From: Diadema antillarum
Taxonomy: Eukaryota
Reading direction: 5' to 3'
Length of the DNA stretch: 64,000 nucleotides
NCBI RefSeq assembly: GCF_040938485.1
Contig: NW_027271550.1
Location: forward strand, 1,116,001-1,180,000
Part shown: positions 1 to 12,910 of the stretch, one piece after another
Position numbering within the stretch: position 1 is the stretch's first letter
How the letters are laid out: each line of letters starts with the position of its first letter
Made by a program: the position numbers and the translations under genes
Notes under the pieces: generated by a model
Told to the model about the DNA's origin: nothing
Databases searched by the model: none
What the model saw: the letters and a program-made list of their open reading frames with translations, nothing else

Positions 1-997
1 GATATACGAAGAGAGTTTATGAAAACAAAAGGGAAGACAGGGCTCAAAGTAAACTTTGATTTGGTGACTTGAAGCAGCTGAAGTTCTATATCATTATTTA
101 TTTGATTTAATTCATTTTCTGCATTCCTTTTTCATTCAACCATATAGCAAAGTCTGTCAAAGTTATCAAGTAATTTCTGAACAGTGGAAATACATGGAAA
201 CAGGTAAATGTTTGACTTACATGCTTCAAAAAGTAGAATGGATAAACTGAAATTAGATGTCACTCTAGTTCAAACTGAATTCAGTGAATAAAGTAGAACC
301 CAATGAAAGATAAAATTGTACAAGCTTTGATTAACTTGGACACAAGAAATTAAATGAAATCAACTGAAAAGATTCACATGTCTTCAGGAGACATTGATAT
401 GGGTGACAACATCTAGACAAACTAGATGAAGTGGTGATGTCATATCTTACAAGTTTCTTGTGGACATTTACAAACAACTTCACAAAATAACGAACAAATT
501 GTACCTTGTGCTTCAAAATCATTATTTGAGGTAATATGATATTTCAAACAAAAACTTGGTAGCCAATTAAATGTTGTTAAAAGTTTGTATAATAATGAGT
601 TTTATCCCAGTCCTTGTGCTCTTAATGAGGGCAGAGAGAGTGCAGTGATTGAAGGAAAACTTCCTATGTATACTTTTCTCACAAGGAGATATCATAAGAG
701 ATAAACAGAGGAAGTATGTGATATAGGGAGGAAAGAGTGATAATTTAGGTGATATGCTGATATATATTCAGATCACTGTATTATACTCTTCCATTATTTG
801 TCCTGCTGGCGAGTGCATAGCTGCTTTAATTATGTTTGCATAGATGCATCTTTTAGTAACTGCTAACTACCTAAAATCCAAGAGTACCTTGTACTTAATG
901 GCCCCAAACCAGCACAGTCTTATACATTCCCAAACTTGAGCTCTACACCTAATTAAAAGAGTAAAAGAGATTGATATACCTCATTTAAGACATAGAT

Positions 998-1185
998 NNN
1001 NNNNNNNNNNNNNNNNNNNNNNNNNNNNNNNNNNNNNNNNNNNNNNNNNNNNNNNNNNNNNNNNNNNNNNNNNNNNNNNNNNNNNNNNNNNNNNNNNNNN
1101 NNNNNNNNNNNNNNNNNNNNNNNNNNNNNNNNNNNNNNNNNNNNNNNNNNNNNNNNNNNNNNNNNNNNNNNNNNNNNNNNNNNNN
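998..1185. other. Assembly gap (others at 36378-36551 and 54522-54709)
   Basis: N runs; the second and third adjoin microsatellite-like sequence. Confidence 1.
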
Positions 1186-1895
1186 ATTGTTCCTCTTTTT
1201 GTTCATTGTTTGCCAGTTGGCAAGTTTGTATTTAGTCTATGGGCAAAATGTTAGATTGTATTGTATTTGACTATACAGTTTTAATCATATGCATCCAATA
1301 AAAATAGTCTGGGAAACCATAGAACACATAGTCCCAAGGCTTCTGGATGATGCAGCACCCCGTTCATGTGTTGTTATTCAAATGAAGAGACCCATGTAGG
1401 ATTGTTTAGCTGAAGTGTAAACATGCCTTTCTGTGACTAAGAACGCATTGTGCTCACCCGATGCCCCGCCAATACATGTTGCCGATGCGGAACTCACTAC
1501 CAAACACAGCCATGCCAGAAAACCCCAGACAATGGGGGAATAGACAGGTTATAATGTGAGGAGATCCCTATATCTGCAAGCAAGCTCAGTGTCTTTTGAA
1601 ATAGATGTTTCTGCACCATTTGAATAAGATGAGACTGAAAATGCCATTAGGATAATTAAGGTGTGTTCCTTCTCCCCCTTATCTCTTTGCTCCTGTGTGC
1701 TAGTATTTGGAGATTAATCCACAGACAAAAATGTGATCCTTTGTGGATTGTGTGCATGGTGAAACTTCATGAATAGTCTCTGATACACAGGATTGATTTG
1801 TTCCAATGCACTTGCTATTCTGACGGATTCAGAAGAGGATATAAAGTAAGGAGACGTTTTGGTGCCTTTGACCTGTATACATGTATGCAGCCAGA

Positions 1896-2259
1896 ATGGG
1901 CTTTTGCTGTTTTTGCTGTTGTGCTCACAAAGGAAGGGGCAAGTCAAAGGGTGGCAGGCGTGTGACGAGCAGCAGGCTCTTGGGGGTGAAGGCGTCGGGC
2001 GGCTACATTACTACCACCGACATCACCGACTCGGAGGGAGCTGCCCTCCTGGGCCATCAGAATCCTCGCTATGCAAAGAGGACTTCCAGGCCCGAGGGCC
2101 GTAATCAGAAGCGAGGACGGAGTGTGTCAACTCCTGTCCGACCCCACATGACGGCCATACGCATTTTGCCGCGCGACACCTATGACTCGACGGACAGCGA
2201 CTTCTCGAGCGCCTCGAGCCACGCCACCCGTGGCAATCGGAGAAGATTCGCTATGAGAG
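1896..2259 (+). CDS. SYT14/SYT16: SYT14/16 alternative first coding exon 1 (MGFCCFCCCAHK...RRFAMR)
   Basis: GC-rich ORF in AT-rich DNA; ATG just after a tgcag acceptor-like site; AG|GTAGTA donor at 2259 is phase 1, matching acceptor 27851. If unspliced the ORF stops at 2285. Confidence 0.65.
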
Positions 2260-2427
2260 GTAGTACCCTCGATGTTACAATGTAATGAGCTTCTTGTATG
2301 CTGCCTCAAACTCATCAATAAAAGTTGATGACAAGTTTTTGGAAAATGTTATTTCAAGTCATAGGCATTAACTCTATATTCGGTGTTTTATATAGAAATG
2401 TGCATGATTTACCCTTCTGCCCATCAG

Positions 2428-3003
2428 TTAAAGGACAAGTCCACCTTCATATACATACGGATTGAGAGAATGCAGCAATATTAGTAGAATACATCAGTGA
2501 TAGTTTGAGGAAAATAGGATAATCCATTCAAAAGTTATGAATTTTCTAAGTATCTGCGCACTCACTGGCACTGGATGAGAAGACTACCACAATGTATGAT
2601 GTCACATGCGTGCAACAATATACAGTGTAAGGAAAATAAAAGGAGAATTTCATAAAACTTTACTTTTTTAATGAAGTGCACATTTCTTCGACTTGTTACT
2701 GATGTATGATAAGGATAACATCATTCCCCCTGCCTTCTGAAAGAGAGAAGTTGAGTGTTCTTTTGTTATGCGAGAAAAATGGAAATATGTTGATTTTCTT
2801 AACTCTTTCTTTATATCGTTGTACACATGTGACATCACAAGCTACAGTAGTCTCTTCATCTAGCAGTGACTGAGCAGAAACTTTGAAAATTCATAACTTT
2901 TGAACGGAATGTCCGATTTTCCTCAAACTCTCACTGATGTGTTCTACTTATATTGCTGCATTCAATCAACCCACATGTCTATGAAGGTGAACTTGTCCTT
3001 TAA
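2428..3003. mobile_element. TTAA-AGG MITE (Kolobok/T2-like), copy 1
   Basis: TIRs TTAAAGGACAAGTYCACCTTCATA; related copy at 17886-18462. Confidence 0.85.
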
Positions 3004-3953
3004 GCAATTTCAGATATATGCATGATTGCAGTGAAGAGCATTAGATGATTATGATTGAAGTTGAGGGAAATCAATCCATGACTCTGCACTTTTTACTTCA
3101 TTGCTATATATAATTACACACATGCCTTCATTGATTTTCACAGTCCTGTTACCCCCTGATTTATATATATTTAAAAGTGAAAAGGTAAAAAAACAGAAGA
3201 ATAGTGTTTGTGTCTAGAAAAAGCACTCCACGTTCATCAAATTGTATGTAGTTAATTCACATACCATTTTTCCTCTGTGATTGATGTTTCATGTTTTGTT
3301 TTTAAGCACTGGGTTTTGGGGCCTGAAATGCAGACCCAGTGCATGTGATCATACCATGGACCTACTGTAGGTCCATGCTCATATACTTATTTTGGGAGTT
3401 TTCTACTCTCACATTAGCTGTTGGCACTATAAGAAGTAAATGTCCAAATTTGGTCAGGCTGCAATTAACTGCTCCCCTCTTCACCCCTCACCTGAAGGGA
3501 GAATAGTAAATGAAAGTTAGGTGTCTTTATCTCTACCTTGCTTGATTTTCTTTTGCTTTCATAATCCCCCTCTTCCAATTGATAATGCAGGGGTATCAAT
3601 GACTGCTTGACACGGGTATAAATGCCAACTTTTAAGGCTATAGATACACTGTGTAACATGTTTGGCTGTGCCTGTTGCCAAAGGCCATTTTATGGAATAC
3701 CATACTTGTCTGTATGTCATTATTCTGTAGGATCGCTCCCTCCCTCTCTCTCTCTTTAGATTTTGGTAGAACTTTGCCCCCACATTTAAGAACTCAGTTG
3801 AAAGGCATTTCAGGGTACCATTATGTGCAGTGCCACCCTTGAGGGGTATTCATTGTGTGACACTGTGCAGTTGTAACCACATGCATTCAATGTATCTGTT
3901 ACCAAAGGCCATATCGTTGTCTGTTCCCATAATCTCCTTGTTGTAGCCATCAC

Positions 3954-4244
3954 TTAACCCATTGAGGACAGACTTATTTTGCTGTAACATGCATTTTCCA
4001 TAGACACCTGCCCGAGTATTCTCGGGACTCGTTCTCAACGTGTTAAAGCACCACACCGTATTACAAAGTATTTCCTGTTGAGGAAAGCTTGGCCAGGGAC
4101 TAGAGCCAGTCTCAATCTGCTCTTATTATACAAAACAAACTTGTTCCTCCAAAAACACATTCACCCATTGAGGATGGACTGATTTTGCTACAACACGCAT
4201 TTCCCATAGACCTGTCCGAGTATAACTCGTTCTCAACGGGTTAA
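3954..4244. mobile_element. Two copies (3954-4046, 4160-4244) of a ~93-bp TTAA-CCC...GGG-TTAA piggyBac-like MITE
   Basis: Shared core TTAACCCRTTGAGGATGGACTGATTTTGCT...CCCGAGTATACTCGGGACTCGTCCTCAACGGGTTAA. Confidence 0.75.
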
Positions 4245-6497
4245 GGACTGTGCATGCACATTTGGGTAATACACAAACAATTATTCATCAGCCCAAAGTA
4301 AAGACAGGAGAAAAAAACTCAACAAGCCAAAAAAAAAAAGAATAAATAATAATCTGGAAAACTGTTTGGCCTCACTATAATCTTATATTAAAATGATAAA
4401 ATCTCTCCAAATATTCTGCAGCATTACTGTTAAGATGGTTCATAGAAATGCTCACACTTATGCAAAAACCGATCAGTATCAATTTCCTATTAATTTCATA
4501 AGTCTAAATATGTAGAAGGCCCGGCTTGAATGGCTCACCAGCCTCACACCCTCAAACATGAGGTTCATGTACCTGTGCCTATATGACACAGCATTCTGGC
4601 ACAATTGCATGCAAATTAGGTATATTGCCTCATATTCGCCTGGACTTCCTTTAAGGATTCTCGTATTAGTTCCAGACAAATTTTGCCAGCTGTAGGCCCC
4701 ATGGGGGACCACATTCTGTATCACAATCTTCTCTGTGTCACTATTCTTTAATGCCTTGGATTCTTCTTTTTTTTTTTTTAGTAGTAGAACTTTGCCCTCA
4801 CATTTTGTAGAACTCCGTTGAAATGGTACCAGATCAGCATCTTGAGAGCTCGATCACCACTGTTCTGTGGACTGAAATGTAGATTACCTGACTATCCTAA
4901 TAAGCACCGATAGTGTGTTAAGATCTTGCTGCTTGAATAGCATTGTTCATAAGGATCAGAAGAAGGAGATCGAACTGATTGCATTAACCCAAGAAATCAG
5001 GCTGATTTTGCTGCAGATAGATAGAATATATTGCCATGACTTTTTTTAAACTGAGAACCTCTGAATTTCACTGCATGTCTCTCATTTAAGAAAGAGTAGA
5101 TGAAACTGTTAAAATTCAATACATCAGCACAAAATTGCAAAGGAATTTCTAACAAATAAAAAGATAACTAAATAAATGAAATACCAGTGTCAGAGACAAA
5201 CCAGACCTTGAATCCTTTACAGTATGTTGTCAATTTAGGAATCAGCTGTATCTTCAGCAGCTTTTCAGGCTTTTGAAAATTATGCAGCAGAAACATGAAG
5301 GACTCAAATGAAAAATTAAAGTAAATGAATTATTTTACTCGATCCTCAGGGCTTTGGTGGCACATACTATGGTAAAAGGTATAGAATATGCAAACATTCA
5401 GCGTACTTCTGTTTTTGTGCTGGTTTAATGTCTTGCAAAGTGCAGAAGTACCACACTGCCAAAATGTCCAATCTCCCAATATTCTACAGCTGCTTGGAAT
5501 TGGTAGTTGGCAAGCTAGTGTGGCAATGCAGAGAACGAAAAATTTTCAGAAAAATGCATCGACAGGTTGCAAGCAGGCGAATTTCTGAGTCTGTGGAGTA
5601 CATAATGCAGAGGATTTTCGACTGTAGCATGCAACCAGGGCACAAGCAGGGAGGTATTCAGGTGAATCATATTTCTGAGTGAATGATTCCCCCCTAATCT
5701 CTCTGCAACAAAGAGGACTTAAGAGAGCTGGATTGGAGAACTGGGGCGTGATGGGTGGTACATGTTAAGTACCATACCTCTCAGTCACTTTGTTCCTAGC
5801 CTTGATGTCTGCTTGCACGCAGTGGTCTGTGAAAGCCACGTACATCAGGTTCAAGCAATTAATTCTTGAGTGGGTGGTAGGCATGTTTTCGTGAAGAAAT
5901 TGCATTTTCCAGAGGCCATCCTTTGTTAGTGGCATAGTTTGGTGCAGGCAGCACATGCATTCAAACTTTGTCTCTATAGCTGATTGCACTTGCAACCATT
6001 GGGTCGCAGAGCTTCCGGCATGACGAGACCATCTTATGTTTTCTGTTCTATCTGACAAATAGATAGAGGTTGATCTTGAAAGAATTTAGTACCTGGATTA
6101 CGGATTGTTTGTTATGTGCTTAACAACGCAAGAATTCCTCATAGGAGCTAGCCAGTATGAAGCAAACTGATTGCATTCTTTGGTACTTGTACAGTATGGA
6201 TGCCTATGTATGTACTACAAACATATAGATGATGAACTTCTGGGTCTCTGCTTGAATGGTGCATATAGGACCTATGATCACCATCTGCTTCCAAGAGATC
6301 ATACAGAATCAAGAATTAGTCTGGCCACTTTCAAGTAAATTGAAAGGTGTGTTGACTTTTCTTATCATCTTTTTGGGACCCGCCGCAGAAAAGAGGAAAT
6401 GCAGTACCTTATGTACATGGACTTCTGTGTGATTGTCGTGTACAGCAGTTAGGTAATGTCTGCAGCATGCTGACTTGATGATCAGGATCAGATCAGG

Positions 6498-6714
6498 ATG
6501 AAGTGCTGTTGTTGTAGAGAAACTGATTCTGAGGAGGAACAGAGCCTTTGCCTGCCAAACGGGAATTATGTGAAAAATTACCAGGAGCTGCCCAACGGGA
6601 GGAGAGATGGTAATACTGATGCTGGACCAAAGAGATCCCACAGGGATGCCAAGAAGCTGGAGGAGATTATGCGGGCAAAGCACTCCCAGTCCTGGTCAAG
6701 TTCATCTTCTATAG
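6498..6714 (+). CDS. SYT14/SYT16: SYT14/16 alternative first coding exon 2 (MKCCCCRETDSEEE...SSSSI)
   Basis: Coding-like composition, N-terminal Cys4 cluster, TAG|GTGCCT phase-1 donor (weak). Confidence 0.65.
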
Positions 6715-6786
6715 GTGCCTATGGATGCTTGCAGAGTTTAAGTGCAAAAAGGGTTATTAATCACATTTTTTTTTTTTTTACACACT

Positions 6787-6879
6787 TTAACCTGTTGAGG
6801 ATGAGTCCCGAGTGTACTCGGGCAGGGGTCTATGATAAATGTGTGTTATAGCAAAAGCATCCCGTCCTCAACAGGTTAA
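6787..6879. mobile_element. ~93-bp piggyBac-like MITE, reverse orientation
   Basis: TTAA-flanked; same family as 3954. Confidence 0.75.
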
Positions 6880-7273
6880 AGTGAAACCATGATCAGATAG
6901 TGCAAAATAAAGCTTTATAGTGATATCTCACAAGTTACACATGAAGGAATATTCTTGAAGTTACAAGTTAAAATATTCTGTGTTTTGGTATTATTTTCTG
7001 TGTTTTTTAAGCAACTTCTATTGCAAATATCTCAAATCAACACAAATGGAGTTAACTCCTTTTGCAGTCAAACTTTTCAAATACTCCAGATTACTAGCAT
7101 CTGATAACTTCTGCTTATAGCTTCACAGCTATGGCCTCCTTATCCTGCTTCCTTGTTAAGAAATCTCCCTTTTTAAGTTTAAAAAGGTTGATTTACACAG
7201 TGACCGCATATTTGTTGGTCGGGGTACCATGCAAGTACATTGTGACACAGATTCCCTTATATTTATTGCTATA

Positions 7274-7486
7274 TACTGTAAAAGTGGAAATTTTCGCGGT
7301 GTTGAAATTTTCGCGCATTTTGCGCAATCAATAACGAGCGCGAAAATAAAAGCACACAAATATTTTTGCTTGCCATATGTTTCTGTATTTGATGTCTTGA
7401 TACCGCGGAATTAAAAACACGCGAAACTCTTCTTATCTGGCTGAGCGAGAAAAATTAGTTGTGCGAAAATATCCACTTTTACAGCA
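7274..7486. mobile_element. Tc1/mariner-like MITE
   Basis: TACTGTAAAAGTGGAAATTTTCGC / GCGAAAATATCCACTTTTACAG inverted ends. Confidence 0.7.
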
Positions 7487-7532
7487 TTCAATTTTTTTTT
7501 GTGTGATCATAAAAGCTTTATGTCTCTGTGAA

Positions 7533-8562
7533 ATATGTGACCGTGCACCTCAAAACGAACATAAAGTCGCACACACTGATTTTGCGTGATGATTGAAAAT
7601 AAGTAAAATGGGTCAACCTAACCGAACTTGACTTTTTCATATTTTCTGAAAGAGCGGGTCTTCTTTTACATTATGCTAAAATTTGGTATCTTATCTCGAA
7701 CATTTTTGGTAGAATAGTGTGATTAGGTGTGTCTTTAGAATCCCTTTTTCATTTCTGAAAAACCTTGTCCACTCTCTTCACTTTCAACTCTAATAACTTT
7801 TGAAGGAATAGTGCTACTGCTTTGAAAGATAGCATTAATTATGGATAGAATGTGTTAATGAGGTATGTTTAATTTCAGTTTAATCTGATAATCCCTTCAT
7901 TGTTGTTACTCTGGTGGTTTACTTCCTGTTTTTTGTCCCATTCATCGCACAGCCAGCACGGTTTGGTAAAGATTAAGCGCTTGAATAGACACTGTACAAG
8001 CTACTTCAGAGCCTCTTTTCTCAGTTCACACTTTTCCTGAGTTTGTGCATTCTTTTCAATATTTAGATAGGTTAGGAGAGTCCATTTGATTTGAGTCATA
8101 CATCATATTAAAGGGGAAGGCTAGTAACTGATCAGTGGGAATCAGTGGAAATGCTGGGAGATGATTGTTCCAATCCTTATGGGATTCATTCAAGAGTTCA
8201 TTGTATATCTATTGTTGTGTGAAAATGATTTGCTTCAGAATGGTCTCATATTCAAGTAATGTGCAGTTTAATGCTTCCAGGTTAGCGTCCCTGGTCAGTG
8301 ACGGAGCATTAATCTGCACATTACTTGAATATGAGACCGTTCTGAAGCAAATCATTTTCACACAACAATAGATACACAATGAACTCTTGAATGAATCCCA
8401 TAAGGATTGGAACAATCATCTCCCAGTATTTCCACTGATTCCCACTGATCAGTTACTAGCCTTCCCCTTTAAAGCTTAAGGTCTGCTCTTTCAGAATACG
8501 GTCTTAACTAAAAATTTATGTCTGGCGACTTTTTGTTCGTTTTGAGGTGCAGAGTCACATAT
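7533..8562. mobile_element. Non-autonomous DNA transposon with long TIRs, carrying a nested MITE
   Basis: ATATGTGACCGTGCACCTCAAAACGAAC at the left end and its near reverse complement at the right end. Confidence 0.75.
8108..8472. mobile_element. 365-bp near-palindromic TTAA-AGG MITE, copy 1
   Basis: The two arms are almost perfect reverse complements, giving mirror ORFs on both strands; TTAA at both ends. Confidence 0.9.
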
Positions 8563-10007
8563 GATATACAAATGATGCACAAGTCTGAGTGTGTCAGTCA
8601 GAGTTGTGTGGATAAGGTAACTATGGAATGCTTAATCCATGAGGTGAAGCCGAGTGGGTTCAGGCTAAATTCCATAGTTACTGCATGCTCACTATATTCC
8701 GACTGACGCACGAAAAGACATGTGCTGTTCAAAAGTTGACGTAATTCAATTTTGTTTTACGTGTGACTTTCCTTTCTATAGATACATCAGTGCATATATG
8801 TAAGATTGGATACAGTCTACTTGCCTATTTAGCCAGGCATGTGTGGTCTGAAAAGGCTTAGATACATTGTACTTTTTCCTCCAAAATGGAAGTGATATAT
8901 CCTATTACTTTGTGCCCACAGGGAAACTGATATCATATTCTCCTTCTGAAACAAGAAGCACTATTAAGTGTATAGAGATCACGACATATCGTAGTCTCAT
9001 TCAAATTAACTTAAATGTATGTTTTATGTGTGTGTGTTGGGGGTGCTTTTCTGCTTCATAATAGATAATGGTCCTCAGTCAGTCTGAAGGACTGTAAATT
9101 ACTTTTAAAATGATATTGATTTCTGAGGTCTTCGTGAATTTTTTTTCTTCTTTCCTGCCCTTCCTCTGATCTGTTTCTATAACGTATGCTTCTATAGCCA
9201 CATTTTGGTCCCCTGTAGATACGTATAAGCCCCAACTACATCAAATTTAGGCAGGGGGCATTAGGTTTCATTCTAACCAATTGTCTATCTGTTAAGCTGA
9301 CAATTTATTTCTTACTGCCACAGGAACAATTTATGCAAACAAAAGCCTGGTGCCTCATGTACATTTGATCTTGCTTCTAGGAAAAGTGTTAAAAACACTA
9401 GAGCTGCTATATCTTCTATATATCATCAAATATCAGACTAGTTGTAGAAATCATGTTCTACAAGAAATGCAGGAGTGGTTCACAGGGAGCATCATCCTGA
9501 GTATCCTTCCCTCTTTTCAATCAAACAAATAAACAATGGTATTAGTTGTTCCATCATAATGTATACACAGCAAAGTGCAAATAAGATGACCCTGAAAATT
9601 GTGCAAACATAGATACAATGTATGTCCTCACAGCTGAGGGTTAAATATATCTCAAAGATTTTGATGAGAATGCTTTTGTTTTTCGTAGTCCAACCATATC
9701 AATTTGATCCTGCTTATTCCTCTGTCCTTTCTTGTCTGTACTGTTCTGAATTTCATTTATAGCCCCAATGTAATGCATCCCCTTTTATTACATTCAGCAA
9801 CAAAGAGATATGATAACAAAATGTAATTGACATTGTCAAAACGTGCTATTTATGGATGCCATGAAATTACCTGGTTCTCAGCAATGATTGGAGTCAGGTG
9901 GGGGATGGGGGTGGGGGGGTGGGGGGGGGGAAGGAGTTCAGCTAGTGAGTAGAGCTGCTTGAATACACACAAAACATTGAAAAATGAAGAGTGAATGGCT
10001 GAGTGAG

Positions 10008-10500
10008 ATTTCATTTCATTTCATTTCATTCATTTCCACATTAAAAACAACAATCATTACATTTCAAGTCATAGTAGAAACATATTCATTGTAGGGGAAC
10101 AATTAAAGCCTTTCAGGCTTGTTGGGAATAGGCCCCAAAGTAAATACAAGACTTTCTCAACTTACAATATATAGGTACAAAATATGTAGAACGCAAATGG
10201 TGCACAATCAAAGCAGGATGAAGAAGGAAAAAAGAAAAGAGTAAAATACTGGCAGAATATACAAAACCATGTTGCTATTACATACGGAAAGTGCGTCTAA
10301 AATTGTTTCTGAACTGCTGTAATGATTTGCAGTTTTTCAGTTCCTTTGGTAAAGTATTCCACAAAATGGGACCTTGATAAAAAGAGATGTCTTCATATCT
10401 TGAAAATTTTCCTAATAGTTTACCAAATGTGTGCACCACATCATTGAATCATTTCTTTTCTAAAAATAAAAGAGCTCCCACATGGAAAGAGGATGGAGTT
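10008..10500 (-). mobile_element. 3' end of a CR1/L2-clade LINE
   Basis: (GAAAT)n tail at 10008-10035; the minus frame reads SFYQGPILWNTLPKELKNCKSLQQFRNNF, typical of the CR1/L2 ORF2 C-terminus. The 5' limit is approximate. Confidence 0.7.
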
Positions 10501-11538
10501 ATCTATTCTTCCCCAGCATAGTCACTGCACTTAGATATGTGATTTTCAAATGATTTCATCAGTAATTAGTAATTTTCATCAGTAAATGAGAAAAAATTAT
10601 AGAACAACTATAACATTAATTACTTTGCGAGGCACTTTTTCCTTACAAGTGTGAGTGTATGGCCAACATACTGTTATCTTGTATTTTTCATCAATAATTT
10701 TTCAAAATATTTCAACCACTGACATGTGCACCAAACTATTTCAATTCTAACAATGTAAAAGCTCCCTCGCGGGAAGTGAGGGTGTTGGAAGAGGAGTATC
10801 AGCTTATGCGGGGTGATATGATTTAAGTGATAGCTAGAATAGATACCCAGCCAGCCAGCACTTCAGACAAGAGCAGTCATACTATAAAATACATTGGACC
10901 TGCATTCATTTTTGTTGTCAATAGTAAACAATTGACCTGCATTCCAAAGCCAAAGCAGTTGATGCAAAGAGAATGTTAATAACAAAGATATTGCTCTGAC
11001 ATGGTCGGATGAAGAAGGGACGCACTGGGCGTCATGAGGGAAAATATCCTTCACGACTTCTGGCTTTTGTTGAATGGCTGACTCTCTATGAAAGTACCAT
11101 GCACTTTGCGCAAATTCGCATAGGATTTAGGGGGGAAAAAAGAACAGGTACTTTCTAGCCCATTTTTCCTTTATTGAAAAACTGCAGCCACCTGATGCTA
11201 TATATATAACACAATGGTCCAGAAGCAAGGATACTAAGTGCAGTGTTGAAATCAGCTTGTGACTGAGCCCTATATCTAGTGGAGCAGCAGTGGACATCAA
11301 TACACTGACCATACAAGGGACAAGAAACAAAGTCTTCTCAGGCCCGGATGAACTTGAATAAAAGTGCAAGGAGGTCACAGAGTGACTATATACAAAGGGT
11401 AAAATTTGACCACTTTGTAGAAAGACACTGACCATTAGTGGAGGCATCAGCAGTCATTAATTGACCCGTACAGATCTCTTATGAGGCATTCCCTGTGCAA
11501 TATTGTGTTGGAGCTATAGCCAGCTAGGAAGGGGATCC

Positions 11539-11848
11539 ATGAGGATGCTGGTGTGCTGCTGTGATGGGGGAGTGTCGGACACCGAGGCATTGCTGCTGCA
11601 CAACGGGGAAAAGCCGGCGACGTTTGATAACGGAAACTGTCATGTGGCGCGGGATGATGATGAGACAATCCAGGACCAAACATACTCTGCTACGTCTGCT
11701 GTTGCCCCCCTCCTGAAACCCTCCAAGTTGAAACATATCCGGAAGAAGAGGAAGGCCCACCTCCAGAGCAACCTGTCTTCTTCTTCTTCCTCTTCGAAAT
11801 CATCAGGAGGGTTCCCTGCTGCACCTTGCCCTACCACTGGGGGTACCG
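11539..11848 (+). CDS. SYT14/SYT16: SYT14/16 alternative first coding exon 3 (MRMLVCCCDGGVSDTEALLL...PCPTTG)
   Basis: GC-rich ORF, Cys3 cluster; two tandem donors (11842 G|GTACCG, 11848 G|GTACTT), both phase 1. Confidence 0.7.
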
Positions 11849-12399
11849 GTACTTTGCATTTCTTGATCCTTATTTGCTTTGTTTGTACAATGCTCATACA
11901 CCGTAGTCGAGACGAAGAAAGTGAAATGCAAAACACTTCTGATGATAGGCCTACTTCGCTTTATAGTTTTTACCACTATTTGCTTTGCTTTCAAACTGAA
12001 CACTGTTAGGGTTTTTTTGGCATTTTTTTTTATCAGAGCAAATATAAGATGCTACTCCAATGATTTATGGGTCTCCTTGCAATGCTCATGATGAAAATAG
12101 AAATATGTGACTTTTGGAATATACTGAAATGTCAATCATAGCCTAGCTGTTAGATACACAGAAGCGGTAGTAGTATAATTATGGTAGTCATATACTATGC
12201 AGTTGTGCAGAACATGTCCACATATGACAGAGTTGACAGATTGGATATTTTTTCTGACCACAAACAGCATTAGTTGACCTGTGACCGAAAGAATCTGTGT
12301 TGGAATGACAAAGTGATCACTTTGAGAACTGCATGTATTTTGAACATACAAAATGATTTTTTTTTTCTGAACATTCATTAATCCAAAAATAAAATAATG

Positions 12400-12910
12400 T
12401 TGTTATTCTGAGGGTCCATTATTTATCATTATACCTAGATATTCTTTAATACAAACACTTGGGGCATTATTCCAAAGGTAGGCCTTACATTATCTTGAAG
12501 GTTTGGTAATCAGAAAATGAAATGAGATTTATTATTCCGAATGTCCATTAATCCGAAAATGAAGAATAAGGTGCACTATTCCCACGGTTTGTTGAAAATG
12601 AAATAATGTTTATTATTCTGAAGGTTTGTTACTCCGAAAATGAAATAAGGTTCATTGATCCAAAAATGAAAAGAAGGTCCATTCTCATAGGAACCTTTTG
12701 GAATTACAAATTCAATCTCAGTATTTCTTGTTCGAATCAACAAACCTTCAGAATAACAAACCTTTTTTGCATTTTGCAGTAATGGACATTAGGAGTAGCA
12801 AGCAGTATTTCATTCTTATATTCATGAACCTTTGGAATAACAAACCTTATCTTATTTTCGAATTAACAAACATTCGGAATAAAGAACCTTTTGAATAATG
12901 AACTGTAACC
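12400..12910. repeat. Degenerate interspersed repeat rich in ATTCCGAA-type motifs
   Basis: Many imperfect copies of ttattccgaa / tccgaaaatgaa; boundaries approximate. Confidence 0.4.

Noticed and set aside
3766-4822. ~40-bp direct repeat pair GTAGAACTTTGCCC...GTTGAAA, 1 kb apart
   Set aside because: Too short and diverged to define an element; no TSD or internal features.
8165-8415. Mirror-image ORFs on both strands (also 31738-31988)
   Set aside because: Artefact of the palindromic MITE.
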